A stretch of 64,000 bases of DNA from Macrostomum lignano (taxonomy: Eukaryota): assembly GCA_002269645.1 (NCBI GenBank), contig NIVC01001924.1, forward strand, positions 124,001 to 188,000, given 5' to 3'. The notes under the pieces are model-generated. The model saw only the letters and a program-made list of their open reading frames with translations. It made no database searches and had not been told where the DNA came from. The position numbers and the translations under genes were made by a program. This document shows, piece after piece, positions 1 to 16,625 of this stretch; the first letter of the stretch is position 1; each line of letters begins with the position of its first letter.

Positions 1-1364
1 TCGTGCTGCATGAGCACCAGGTACACCGACACGTGAGTGCCTTCTCCGGACTCGTTGCCGTTGAGGAACAGGCGAACTCTGAACATGAAGCCGAAATGGC
101 GAGTAAAGAAGGGCTGGGAGAAAATGCTGATCACCCGCTTGTCGATGGCCTCCCGCCGCCTCTTGGTGAAGTTGCTCACCTTCCACACTAGAAACCCGTC
201 ATAGTTCGTGCTTTCAAGATTCAGCAATCGAAACTCGATCTCATTCAGCTTCTGCTGCACTATTGAAGAGTTTGAGTCCAGCATAATTGCATCCTGGTCG
301 ACTCCAGTTCGTCGCCCTGTCTCAACTGCCGAGCTGTCCATCTGTCTGATTTTCTCATCTAAGTTCTTCAAGAACTGTCGCATTTGCGAGATGCCCCCGA
401 ATTTGTCAGCCATCTGCTCAAACTCAAGCGTGGTGTGGGCCCAGTTGGCTACATTCACCTGCAGCTTCTTGAAGTGGTCATGAATGTTGGCCACCTTCCG
501 CTTCACTTCCTCCACCTCCCCGGTGCCTCCGGCGGAAACGACGGTGGCTGCGGCAGTCGCAGCAGTCGGTGGTGCAAAGCTCGGACCGGAGGCCACCTGC
601 CTCAGCTTCGAGTCCAAAAGCGTCAAATGATGGTCGACTTCGTCTCTGTAGTGCTTCTCAAGGTCCGACTTTCTGGCTTTTCTCTCGCAGCCCAGGTGGC
701 CGTACTTGCACTCGTTCGGTTTGTCTGGACAAGTTTTTAGGTGTTCAACAAAGTCCTTGCGGTTCAGCTTCCTGGACTTGTCTTTGCAGAACGGACAGTA
801 GTCTGTGTATCTCGGACAGCACATGGCCGAGTCCAGGTTCCTGTGGCTCTTCTCCATCTCGCTGTGCACCACCGACTGCTGGCACAAACCGCAGGTCACC
901 CGTCGTTGCCGACACTCGTCACTGAGGTGGGACTTGAGTCTCTTCTTCAGTATCGAGTCCCGGCACAACTCGCAGCTGACCTTCTCGTATTCGCACTTTT
1001 CCAGGTGAGTGTCCACCTCCCTCCACTTCATCTGGTCCTTGCAGCCGCCGTCCCGGTTGGGGCAGAACACGGTCAGCTTGCTGATCTCCCGTCTCGTGGC
1101 GATGTCGGGCACGCAGCTGGACTGGCAGATGCGGATCTCCTCATCCTCATCCTTGCAGGCCTCGGTGGTTCCGGGGCAGAGGCGCCTCTCGGTGGGGTGC
1201 AGCTTGGCCTGCACGCAGGACTGGCAGATGCGGCAGCCGTGAGGAGTCTGGAAGGCGTTGAAAACCGGCTTTGAGCAGCTGTTGCAGCGCAGATGGGGCG
1301 GCACCGCCTTCTCGTCAGCCGGCTGGGCCAGCGAAGCCTTCTCGGACAGTCCGGGGGTCGACAT
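1..1364 (-). CDS. TRAF: TNF receptor-associated factor (TRAF2/3-like): RING, TRAF zinc fingers, coiled coil and start of MATH domain; runs off left edge
   Basis: Manual translation of - strand from ATG at 1364 is open to the window edge (454 codons; absent from the ORF track, apparently because it has no stop). MSTPGLSEK...CNSCSKPVFNAFQTPHGCRICQSC (RING-like), FCPNRDGGCKDQMKWREVDTHLEKCEYEKVSC and CKYGHLGC (TRAF zinc fingers), LESTNYDGFLVWKVSNFTKRRREA...SIFSQPFFT..GFMFRVRLFLNGNESGEGTHVSVYLVLM (MATH). An acceptor ttctctctcag at 1410-1420 suggests the exon starts at 1409, and the frame is also open from there. Confidence 0.92.
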   Translation of the reverse strand, partial: MSTPGLSEKASLAQPADEKAVPPHLRCNSCSKPVFNAFQTPHGCRICQSCVQAKLHPTERRLCPGTTEACKDEDEEIRICQSSCVPDIATRREISKLTVFCPNRDGGCKDQMKWREVDTHLEKCEYEKVSCELCRDSILKKRLKSHLSDECRQRRVTCGLCQQSVVHSEMEKSHRNLDSAMCCPRYTDYCPFCKDKSRKLNRKDFVEHLKTCPDKPNECKYGHLGCERKARKSDLEKHYRDEVDHHLTLLDSKLRQVASGPSFAPPTAATAAATVVSAGGTGEVEEVKRKVANIHDHFKKLQVNVANWAHTTLEFEQMADKFGGISQMRQFLKNLDEKIRQMDSSAVETGRRTGVDQDAIMLDSNSSIVQQKLNEIEFRLLNLESTNYDGFLVWKVSNFTKRRREAIDKRVISIFSQPFFTRHFGFMFRVRLFLNGNESGEGTHVSVYLVLMQH

Positions 1365-2403
1365 TGGCGGCTGGAGAGCGGAGAGGCCATGGAATTGACT
1401 TGGGAATGCCTGAGAGAGAAATTTATGCTATCAAATGTTTTCATGAACTGTGCTTGAACACTGGCTGGCTACAAGGTACTACCGTGTAATTTTACAAGGT
1501 ACTATCTATGCAGATGACCATTATATATATAAAATTCGATGTTTAACATAAAATTGTTGGTATAAAGATAGGCGGCATCTTTAAACAACCATGACTGCAA
1601 GGCCTCTGGACTCGAAAATTCGTCACCGCATCACAACAAGTATAAAAAGGGATTTCATCACAAACACTCCAAGATTGTTTTAGCAGAATTCTTATTAAGT
1701 GCACCTACGTTGTACAGTCGAGAAAACAAGAGAATGGAGAGAGAACAGAAAATTGGATTGTACGCGCACTAGGGAGAGGAAGAGACAGTTCAGTGTACAG
1801 TAAACTGCGCTTGTACGCTTTACACTCGTACGCTTAGAAAGGAGAATCCTTGGATAGGCCGTGGAACAGCCTTGGAATCGCCACGGGCTCTGCCGGGGCA
1901 GATCCGCTGGTTTTTATCAGTACAGTTTAAAATAGAAATTACATCTGGCTTGTATTTGGAGCCGAAAAACACTGCAGACTGAATATAGTAGGCATTGTAG
2001 GCAAAACAGGAAGTCAGCCAGCCAGTCTCAAAACCCGAAGATAATAAGAGTTAGCAGGATCCGGAGAAAAACAATCTTTCGACTTTTCATATAAGCACAT
2101 GATGATAATTAGCCTAAAGGAGACCTTCAGACGAAACTCTTTCCTACTGCGTGCCTGAGTTTACGATATAGAAAACTTAATTCGCTGGTGACCAATTTCA
2201 GCCACAAAAATGTTGCATTTAGCGATATACTTAGAAGTAAAAATCGATTATTAAATTTCAAAATGATACGAAATATCCCGACGTTGCTTCGACGAAATTA
2301 ACTTAATGACTAAAATATGATAAAGAAACACCTCTTTTGACGTGTGCCAGCTGAGAAAAACCAAAAAGTCCGAAAGGTTATTAAAATTGTGGACTTGGAG
2401 AAA

Positions 2404-3150
<747 letters not shown>

Positions 3151-3749
3151 CATACATAGAAGTATATACGAGTATAATCAAGCTGAACTAGTTGACTAGA
3201 AACTTTTTGGGTTTATATCGTAAAAATAAATGCAAGTTAAAGCAGTGTATATAAGAACTGATGGTCTATTGTACTTGCTTGTAACAGTACAAAATGTTAA
3301 TTTATTATTGAGCAAAATCATGCCAAACGTGAGTTTGTAATTACTAGATAATTCATTGAAAAAAAGTTGCTAAAAACAGCTAAAGGCGCGTTGAAAAAAC
3401 AAAAATTAAAAGACACACATTGTTGAATTAAAAAAAGCACAGCACATGTTGTCTAATTTTAATAGTCTTTATCGAGATAATGGCTTTGTTTATGGAGTAC
3501 AAAATATAGTTATAAAATGTCTCTACACTTAAGACCGTAGCTTCAAATATCAAATTATAAACGCACTGTTCAACAGCGATGAAGCTAGTATAAAAGGTAT
3601 GAAAAAACAAATAAAAAGTTTATCAATCACGTTTTTATTTAATAAACATTAAAAAATTTAATGAACTTTGTCTATGGAACGAGTGACTTTACTCGTAAAA
3701 CCTTACTGAACTTTAAGAGGGTCAATGCCTCTTCTGAAGTATTTGTCTC

Positions 3750-4263
3750 AACCTGATCTAGGCTTACAGCTACTCCTTCAGGTCTTTGTCCTCAGTCTAA
3801 TCATACGGCTTACAGCTACTCCTTCAGGTCTTTGTCCTCAGACTAATCATACGGCTTATAGCTACTCCTTCAGGTCTTTGTCCTCAGACTAATCATACGG
3901 CTTACAGCTACTCCTTCATGTCTTTGTCCTCAGACTAATCATACGGCTTATAGCTACTCCTTCAGGTCTTTGTCCTCAGACTAATCATACGGCTTATAGC
4001 TACTCCTTCAGGTCTTTGTCCTCAGTCTAATCATACGGCTTACAGCTACTCCTTCAGGTCTTTGTCCTCAGACTAATCATACGGCTTATAGCTACTCCTT
4101 CAGGTCTTTGTCCTCAGACTAATCATACGGCTTACAGCTACTCCTTCAGGTCTTTGTCCTCAGTCTAATCATACGGCTTATAGCTACTCCTTCAGGTCTT
4201 TGTCCTCAGTCTAATCATACGGCTTACAGCTACTCCTTCAGGTCTTTGTCCTCAGACTAATCA
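3750..4263. repeat. 46-bp minisatellite, left half (GGCTTACAGCTACTCCTTCAGGTCTTTGTCCTCAGACTAATCATAC)
   Basis: About 11 tandem units; the array resumes in the same orientation at 16031. Confidence 0.95.
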
Positions 4264-4840
4264 GGGTCTACGACGTTTGCCTGCGGGACGTTTGCCAGCC
4301 GACGTTTGCCTGCGGGACGTTTGCCAGCCGACATTTGCCAGCCGACGTTTGCCAGCCGACGTTTGCCAGCGGGACGTTTGCCAGCCGAAGTTTGCCTGCC
4401 GGACGTCTGCCTGCGGGACGTTTGCCAGCCGACGTTTGCCAGCCGACATTTGCCAGCCGACATTTGCCAGCCGACATTTGCCAGCCGACGTTTGCCAGCG
4501 GGACGTTTGCCAGTCGGACGTTTGTCAGCCGACATTTGCCAGCCGACGTTTGCCTGCCGGACGTTTGCCAGCCGACGTTTGCCAGCCGACGTTTGCCTGC
4601 CGGAAGTTTGCCAGCCAAAATTTGCTAGCCAATATAAAGCCAGTCAGTGAAAAATTTGATACTGAAACATTCGCAGTTTAGCGGTTTGACAAAAACCGTT
4701 TTTACTCCAACCCTTTGACGGTTATTCGCATATATACAAGTCTGAAAGCAAAAGCTACAAATTATGAAATTTATGCAAAATCTATATAAATTATGCAATT
4801 TATATAGATTTACATCTAATATCCAGTTTAACAACGATTT
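4264..4840 (+). repeat. Left TIR with 14-bp subterminal tandem array
   Basis: Reverse complement of 15512-16030. Confidence 0.92.
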
Positions 4841-5144
4841 TCTTTGAATGTGAAAATATTGTTTACTTTTGACAATTGTGTATCGTTTTTCCCAGTTTGA
4901 GATGTTTGATTTTTGATGTGCGAAAGAAGACGCGCAGATTACAACGGGAATCTCCAGCGATTAAGTTATGAGGCAAACAAAAAGAGCTGCTGAGCGGTAA
5001 TTCTGGCTCATATATTTCTCAGTTCATTGGGAGATCTAAAAGTAAGCAAATTGATTCCAATGCTGTTGTATTACTACTCAAGTAAGCAAGGAAACCGCGA
5101 TCTCAACGTACATGTGTAGACGAGTCGAATGCGGTACGTTTTTA

Positions 5145-8566
<3,422 letters not shown>

Positions 8567-8725
8567 TCTCTCCTAATACTAAAACCGACGCGATGTTTGT
8601 CTGTCTGTATGTCTGTCTGTCTGTATGTAGCAAGTGAACTCCTACAATTCTGCCAAGTCAACGTCGAAACTTATATGGGAAAACTGCAAATTTTCCGGAG
8701 CAGGCTTTAGGCTATTTTAATTTTT

Positions 8726-10787
8726 TCTACATATAAAAATCAAAACTCTGTGTGTGTGTGTACAATTTTGATCGCTATGGACTCCCAAACCGCTCAACCA
8801 AATTACACCAAACTTTACACCCACCCTAAACTTACTACGGAGAATGTCTTAGGCTACCTTTTAATTTCCTAAATTTGAGTCTTCCTACCTAAAAGTGCAA
8901 AAAACTGCTCAAAATGCGCAATTTTTTCACTAAATCCTCCATAGCGCCGCTCCACTTCTACCGATTCTTTTCAAATTTGACACAGATAATCTTTAACTAT
9001 TTTGGCACAATTGTGTAAAATTTCGAGTCTCAAAGTTAATCCTGAGCGGTGCTGTGCACTTTTAAATTTAGGCTGTTTTTTTCAGCGTAGCAACCACCCC
9101 AACCTCCGCCCGCCTGCCTCTCTTTCCCGATCCCGATCTGGGCCCAGATGTGTAAAAGGGTTTCAAAATTGACTAACTTTCAGCTGCCATAAGTTTGCTC
9201 CACGTAAAGCGATTGACTCCCAACTTGACACAATTCTTCATTGACTCATTCTTTATCTAAATGTAAAGTTTCAACTCTGTAACTCAACCGAAAAAGAAAC
9301 TGTAAGCATGTGAAGTTTGTCTGCTTTTTCTGTTGTTTGTGCCTCTCACTCACTCATTCCCCCAGCCCAGACGAAGGGTCAGGCGATAGGGCTCAATGTA
9401 CATAGCGAATGTACAGTGTTTTGGAATAACTTTTTAATAGACTTCTCTGTACCCCCGCGAGTGGAGAGGCGTTGAGAGGAGACAGTTTAGCGAGAGATTC
9501 AAACTACTGTCCTCTGTATAGACAAGTCGCAGCAGTTAAACAAGGATGGCAAATCAAGGCGATGTGGGATGGTTTATAAAAATAGCGAAAAATTAATGAA
9601 TAACTGATTACAATGCAATCCGACTAAATTAGTTACACCATGAAAATTTTAACATTAAGATTCGCATAAGGTAACTTTAAAATTTAAATGGCCTCCTAAG
9701 AAATGCGTATTTCCTTGGTTGTTAGACTGCTGCAGACTGTGGACAAACATGGCGAACATTAAACAGCCACCATGTCTAACATTAAAGAGCCACCATGTCG
9801 AACATTAAAGAGCCACCATGTCTAACATTATATGGTGGAGCTGGAGAATGGAGATACACAAATTCCTCTCAGGGCTGCTAATTGGCCAGAAAGATGACGT
9901 GATCAAAGCATGAGAAATGATAACAACCATGATAGTACTACGTCCCATGATAGTACTTTCGAAGCAGGGATTGGCAGATTTTTATCTCAAAGGCCAGATA
10001 AAGAATCCAGCTCATGGCTGCGGGCCAGATGAGAGTGAAAAGGAAAAGTGGTGAGGAGAGAGCAGAGAAGAAGGGAGGAAGAAGCGAGAGGAGGGGAGAA
10101 AGGAAGGAGAGGAAAGAGTAAAGGTGAGAAGAGGGGAGAGATGAGACAGAGGATCGATGAGAGAGGAGAGTAGAGAAGATTGAGAAGAGAGTAGAGATGA
10201 GAGAGTAGAAAGAAGATGACAGAGGGTCACGAGGAGAGGAGAGATTAGAGAGGAGAGAGTAGAAAGGATAGAGAAGAGAGGAGATAAGAGGGGGAGAGAG
10301 GAGTGAGAAGAGAAGAGATAGAGATAAGAGAGTGGTGAAAGAAGAGGGGAGAAAGGAGAGATGAGAGAGTAAAGGGAAGAGGAGGAGAGAGGAAAGAGAT
10401 GAGATTGTAGAGATGAGACAGATCAAAGAAGAGATGAGAGATGAAAAATGTGAGAGGAGAGTGCAGAGAGACGAGAGAAGATAATAGAGGAGAGAGAGTA
10501 TAGAAGAGGGAAGAGAAAAGAAGAGAGGAGTAAGGAAAGAGAGGAGTCAGAAGAGGTGAAAGAGAAGAGTACAGAGGAGATAAGTGAAGGAACGTATAAG
10601 AGAGTAAAGATGACAGATGAGAGAGCAGATGAACAGACAGAGATGGGAGAGTAGAGAGAACAGAGGAGAGATTAGAGAAAAGAGATTACAGAGACTAGAG
10701 GAGAGAGGAGAGACAGGGAGAGAGAAGAGGAAGTAGGAGAATGAAGAGGGGAGAGAGTAGAGAGGAGAAGAGAGATGGGAGAGGAGA

Positions 10788-10846
<59 letters not shown>

Positions 10847-11747
10847 GAGCAGAGAGAAACGAGAAGAGATAAGAGAGAAAAGATAAAAGAAGAGAAAGGA
10901 GAGATGAAAGAGCGGACGAGAGAGAAGAGAGGTGAGGGAAGAGACGAGAGAAGAGGGGAGAGAGGAAAGAGTAGAGAGGAGAGATGAGAGAGTAGAGGAG
11001 AGAGTTAAAAGAAGAAAGAAAGAGAGAGAAAAGAATAGAGAGGACAAGGAATAGACGAGAGAAGAGGGGGAGAGAGGAGAGAGGAGAGGAGGGAGAAAAC
11101 GAAAAAGTAGAGAGGCGAGAGGAGAGGAGAGAGAAAAGAAGAGGGAAGAGATGAGATAAGAGATATGAAAGAGTAGAAAGATGAGGTAATATACGAAAGA
11201 AGATGGGAGAGAGGAGAGAGGAGAGGAGAGAGAAAACGAAAGAGTAGAGAGGAGAAAGGAGAGGAGAGAGAAAACGAAAGAGTAGAGAGGAGAGAGGAGA
11301 GCAGAGAGAAAAAAATAGGGAAGAGATGAGATAAGAGAGATGAAAGAGAAGAGAGATGAGGGAAGATACGAGAGAAGAGAGGAGAGAAGAGAGAGGAGAG
11401 ACGAGAGACGAGGGATGAGAAAGAAGAAAGGAAACAGAGAGACGATAGAAATTTTAAAGGATCCAAGGGACATAGGGAGAGTCAGGGAGAGGCCAGAGTT
11501 TGCCAATACATGTTTTAGAGTCAGACAGACATTGCCTGGCATACTGTGGAGTACCCCAGGAAACAATATCAACGTTTGCCTCAAACCCTAATTTTACACG
11601 AATGTGCTCCATTTTATGTCTACCTCTATCCTACGAACTATTAACAAGTTTTTGTTTGTTTATGGCCTTAGATTTCAGAATACATGCAAAAGTAGTTCCG
11701 GGGATTGGAATTCCCCGGGTTCAAAATCCGCGGGTTTCAACAGCTTG
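8726..11747 (+). mobile_element. Non-autonomous Helitron-like element, copy 2
   Basis: TCTACATATAAAAATCAAAAC start; same body and 3' hairpin/CTTG end as copy 1. Confidence 0.75.
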
Positions 11748-14082
11748 TCTCTAACTATAAAAATCAAAACTCTGTGTGTCTGTGTGTGTGTGTGTGTGTC
11801 TGTGTGTGGACAATTTTGATCGCTATGGACTCCCAAACCACTCAACCAAATTATACCAAACTTTACACCCACCCTAAACCTACTACGGAGAATGTCTTAG
11901 GCTACCTTTTAATTTCCTAGACTCAAGTCTTCCTACCTAAAAGTACAAAAAACTGCTCAAAATGCGCGATTTTTTCACTTAATACTCCATAGCGCCGTTC
12001 CACTTTTACCGATTCTCTTCAAATTTGACACAGATAATCTTCAACTATTTTGGAACAAGCATGTAAAATTTCGAGTTTCAAAGTTAATCCTGAACGGCGC
12101 TGTGCACTTTTAAAGTTAGGCTGTTTTTTTCAGCGTAGCAACCACCCCAACCTCCGCCCGCCTGCCTCTCTTTCTCGATACCGATCTGGGCCCAGATGTG
12201 TAAAAGGGTTTCAAAATTGACTAACTTTCAGCTGCCATAAGTTTGCTCCAAATAAAGCGATTGACTTCAAATTTGACACAATTCTTTATTGACTCATTCT
12301 CTGCCTACATGTAAAGTCTCAACTCTGTATCTCAATCAGGACAGAAACTGTAAGCATGTGAAGTTTGTCTGCTTTTTCTGTTGTTTGTGCCGCTCACTCA
12401 CTCATTCCCCCAGCTCAGACGAAGGGTCAGGCGATAGGACTGAATGTACATAGCGAATGTACAGTGTTTTGGAATAAATTTTTAATAGCCTTCTCTGTAC
12501 CCCTGCGAGTGGAGAGGCGTGGAGAGGAGAGAGTTTAGCGAGAGATTCAATTTTAAACCACTTTCCTTTCCTCTGAATGGACAAGTCTGCAGCAGTTAAA
12601 CAAGGATGGCAAATCAAGGCGATGTGGGATGGTTTATAAAAATATCGAAAAATTAATGAATAACTTATTACAATGCAATCCTACTAAATAAGTTACACCA
12701 TAAAAATTTTAACATTAAGATTCGCATAAGGTACTTTAAAATTTAAATGGCCTCCTAAGAAATGCGTATTTCCATGGTTGTTAGACTGCTGCAGACTGTG
12801 GTGGTGGAGCTGGAGATATACAAATTTCTCTCAGGGCTGCTAATTGACCAGAAAGATGACGTGATTAAAGCATGAGAAATGATAACAACCATGATAGTAC
12901 TACGTCCCACAAACTGGCTTTCGAAGCAGGGATCAGCAGATTTTTATCTCAAAGGCCAGATAAAGAATCCAGCTCATGGCTACGGGCCAGATGAGAGTGA
13001 AAAGGAAAAGGAATAGACTATTAGAAAGGGAGGAGGGGCGAGAGGGGATAAAAGAAAAGATAGAGGATAACAGGAGAGACGTACGAGGAGGTTGAGGAGA
13101 GAGCAGAGAATATGGGACAAAGAAGCAAGAGGAGGGGAGAGAGAAGGAAGAGGAAATAGTAGAGGTGAGAAGATGGAGAGAAGAGGGGAGAGATGAGACA
13201 GAGGATCGATGAGAGAGGAGAGTAGAGAAGAGTGAGATGAGAGAACAAAGAGGAGATGAGAGTATCGAGAGGGGGGATTAGAAAGGATAGAGGAGAGGAG
13301 ATAAGAGGGGGAGAGACGAGTGAGAAGAGAGAAGATAGAGATGAGAGAGAGTTGAGAAAGAAGAGAGGACAAAGGAGAGATGATAGAGTAAAGGGAAGAG
13401 GAGGAGAGAGGAAAGATATGAGATTGTAGAGATGAGTGAGATGAAAGGAAATATGAGAGAGTAGAGTAGAGATGAGAGATGAAGGAAGAGAGAGCAGAGT
13501 GCGGAGAGACGAGAAAAGAGAATAGAGGGGAGAGAGTATAGAAGAGGGAAGAGAAGAGAGGAGTAAGGAAAGAGAGGAGTCAGAAGAGGGGAAAGAGAAG
13601 AGTGCACAGTAGAGAGGAGAGTAGAGATGACAGAAGAGAGAGGGGAATGAGAGAGCAACGATGAGAGTGAACAGACGATATAAGAGACGAGAGAGGAGAG
13701 TGAGAGAAAAGAGAGAAGACAAGAGAGGGAGAGAGTATAGAAGAGGGGAGAGAAGAGAAGAGAAGAGAAGAGGAGAAAGGAGAAAGGAGAAAGGAAAGAG
13801 AGGAGTCAAAAGAGGGGAAAGAGAAGAGTACAAAGAAGAGAGGTGAGAGAGCATACGAGTATAAGAGAGTAAAGATGACAGATGACAGAGGAAAGAGGAG
13901 AGATAAGAAATAAGAGATGAGAGATGAGAGGTGATACAAAAGGAGAGAGAAGTGAGTGAAGAGAGAGAGGAGGGGAGGGAGAGAATCGAGAAGACAGGGG
14001 AAAGAGAGGAAGGACAAGAGATGAAAGGAAAGAGGGGGGAGATTAGAGAGGAGAAGAGAGATGAGACAGGAGAGAGCAGAGA

Positions 14083-14180
<98 letters not shown>

Positions 14181-14856
14181 GAGAAGAGATAAGAGAGAAA
14201 AGATAAGAGAGCAAAGATGAGAGAGAAGAGAGGTGAGGAAAGAGACGATAGAAGAGATGAGAGGAGAGAGTGGAGAGAAGAGAAGAGAAAGGAGAGAGGA
14301 GAGATGAGGGAAGTGTTGAGAGAGGGTAATGTAATGAGTGAGAAGAGAGGAGAGGAGAGGGAAGAGAGAGTAGAGAGTAGAGAGAGAAGAGAGAGGAGAG
14401 AGCAGAGAGAAATGAGAAGAGATAAAAGAGGAGAAAGGAGAGATGAGAGAGCAGAGACGAGAGAGAAGAGAGGAAAGGAGAGAGAAACGAATAGAGGGAA
14501 GAGACAAAAGAAGAGGGGACAGAGGAGAAAAGAAAGAAGAGATGAGAGGAGAGAGAAGAGACAAGAGACAAGAGAGAAGTGAGAAAACAGAAGAGAAGAT
14601 AGAAGTTTCAAAGGATGCAATGGAAATAGGGAGAGGCAGAGGTAGAGGCCAGAGTTTTCCTGACATTCTGCGCAGCACCCCAGCCAACAATATCAATGTT
14701 TGCCTCAAATCCTAATTTTACACGAATGTACTCTATTTTATGTTTAACTCTATCCCAACTAATAAATGTTTTTGTTTGAGTTTAATCTCAATATGCAAAA
14801 ATAGTTCCGGGGATTGGAATTCCCCGGGTTCAAAATCCGCGGGTTTTAACAGCTTG
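11748..14856 (+). mobile_element. Non-autonomous Helitron-like element, copy 3
   Basis: Joined directly to copy 2 (CAGCTTG|TCTCTAACTATAAAAATC); ends AAAATCCGCGGGTTTTAACAGCTTG|T. Confidence 0.75.
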
Positions 14857-14906
14857 TAGTAAGCTATATAGCTGAATAGCCAGACAAGCCGCCAGTAGCA
14901 AGCTAG

Positions 14907-15311
14907 TATTGCTTTTGTCAGCCTAACTGAGAATAAAGCCACCCAAAGTGAGAATCCTGCCTACGCTGACTGCGAAGGGCCTGGCTGCGTGCAGCCTTAG
15001 TCTATGAGCCATAGACAATAAAGGACAAGCAAAGTGATAAAAAGCCATCCAATGTGAGAATCGATTGGTCTTTTAAAACTTTGCTTGTCCTTTATAGTCT
15101 ATGGCTCATAGACTAGGCTGGACGCAGCTAGGCCCTTCGTATTCAGCGTAGGCAGGATTCTCACATTGGATGGCTTTTTATCACTTTGCTTGTCCTTTAT
15201 TGACTATGGCCCATAGACTAAGGCTGCACGCAGCCAGGCCCTTCGCAGTCAGCGTAGGCAGGATTCTCACTTTGGATGGCTTTATTCTCAGTTAGGCTGA
15301 CAAAACCAATA
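14907..15311. mobile_element. ~405-bp foldback/MITE-like inverted repeat
   Basis: Arms of ~150 bp (14907-~15060 vs ~15160-15311) are reverse complements; a partial third arm lies at ~15078-15165. Confidence 0.75.
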
Positions 15312-15511
15312 GAATAGCAAGCGCTAGACACTACGTATGCAAAGCTTAGTCATGCCAAGGACTACTAAAGTAGAAGTACGCAGCACTCGAAATCTATGAA
15401 AAATGTTTTGAAGGCCATAGGGAGATAGGAAGTTTTCATCTTTTCAGCACAACAATTGTTATTGCTTTCATACGAGGCAAACCCAATGTTCATCTTTTGA
15501 TATGTTGTGCC

Positions 15512-16030
15512 AAAATCGTTGTTAAACTAGATATTAGACGTTAGACTGATGAACTGCATAATTTATAGATTTTGCTTTCAAACTTGTATACATGCGAATA
15601 ACCGTCAAAAAGTTGGAGTAAAAACGGTTTTTGTCAAACCGCTAAACTGCGAATGTTTCAGTATCAAATTTTTCACTGACTGGCTTTATATTGGCTAGCA
15701 AATTTTGGCTGGCAAACTTCCGGCAGGCAAACGTCGGCTGGCAAACGTCGGCTGGCAAACGTCCGGCAGGCAAACTTCGGCTGGCAAACGTCCCGCTGGC
15801 AAACGTCGGCTGGCAAACGTCGGCTGGCAAACGTCGGCCGGCAAAAGTCGGCTGGCAAACGTCCCGCAGGCAAACGTCGGCTGGCAAACGTCCGGCAGGC
15901 AAACTTCGGCTGGCAAACGTCCCACTGGCAAACGTCGGCTGGCAAACGTCGGCTGGCAAATGTCGGCTGGCAAACGTCCCGCAGGCAAACGTCGGCTGGC
16001 AAACGTCCCGCAGGCAAACGTCGCTATCCC
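15512..16030 (-). repeat. Right TIR with 14-bp subterminal tandem array
   Basis: Reverse complement of 4264-4840. Confidence 0.92.
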
Positions 16031-16620
16031 GACTAATCATACGGCTTATAGCTACTCCTTCAGGTCTTTGTCCTCAGTCTAATCATACGGCTTACAGCTA
16101 CTCCTTCAGGTCTTTGTCCTCAGACTAATCATACGGCTTACAGCTACTCCTTCAGGTCTTTGTCCTCAGACTAATCATACGGCTTACAGCTACTCCTTCA
16201 GGTCTTTGTCCTCAGACTAATCTTACGGCTTATAGCTACTCCTTCAGGTCTTTGTCCTCAGACTAATCATACGGCTTACAGCTACTCCTTCAGGTCTTTG
16301 TCCTCAGTCTAATCTTACGGCTTATAGCTACTCCTTCATGTCTTTGTCCTCAGACTAATCTTACGGCTTATAGCTACTCCTTCAGGTCTGTCCTCAGACT
16401 AATCATACGGCTTACAGCTACTCCTTCAGGTCTTTGTCCTCAGACTAATCATACGGCTTACAGCTACTCCTTCAGGTCTTTGTCCTCAGCCTGATCTAGG
16501 CTCACAGCTACTCCTTCAGGTCTTTGTCCTCAGCCTGATCTAGGCTCACAGCTACTCCTTCAGGTCTTTGTCCTCAGCCTGATCTAGGCTCACAGCTACT
16601 CATTCAGGTCTTTGTCCTCC
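16031..16620. repeat. 46-bp minisatellite, right half
   Basis: Same unit and orientation as 3750-4263. Confidence 0.95.
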
Positions 16621-16625
16621 TCAAC

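Noticed and set aside
3-1489. + strand ORFs overlapping TRAF
   Set aside because: Antisense shadows of a GC3-rich coding strand; no recognisable homology.
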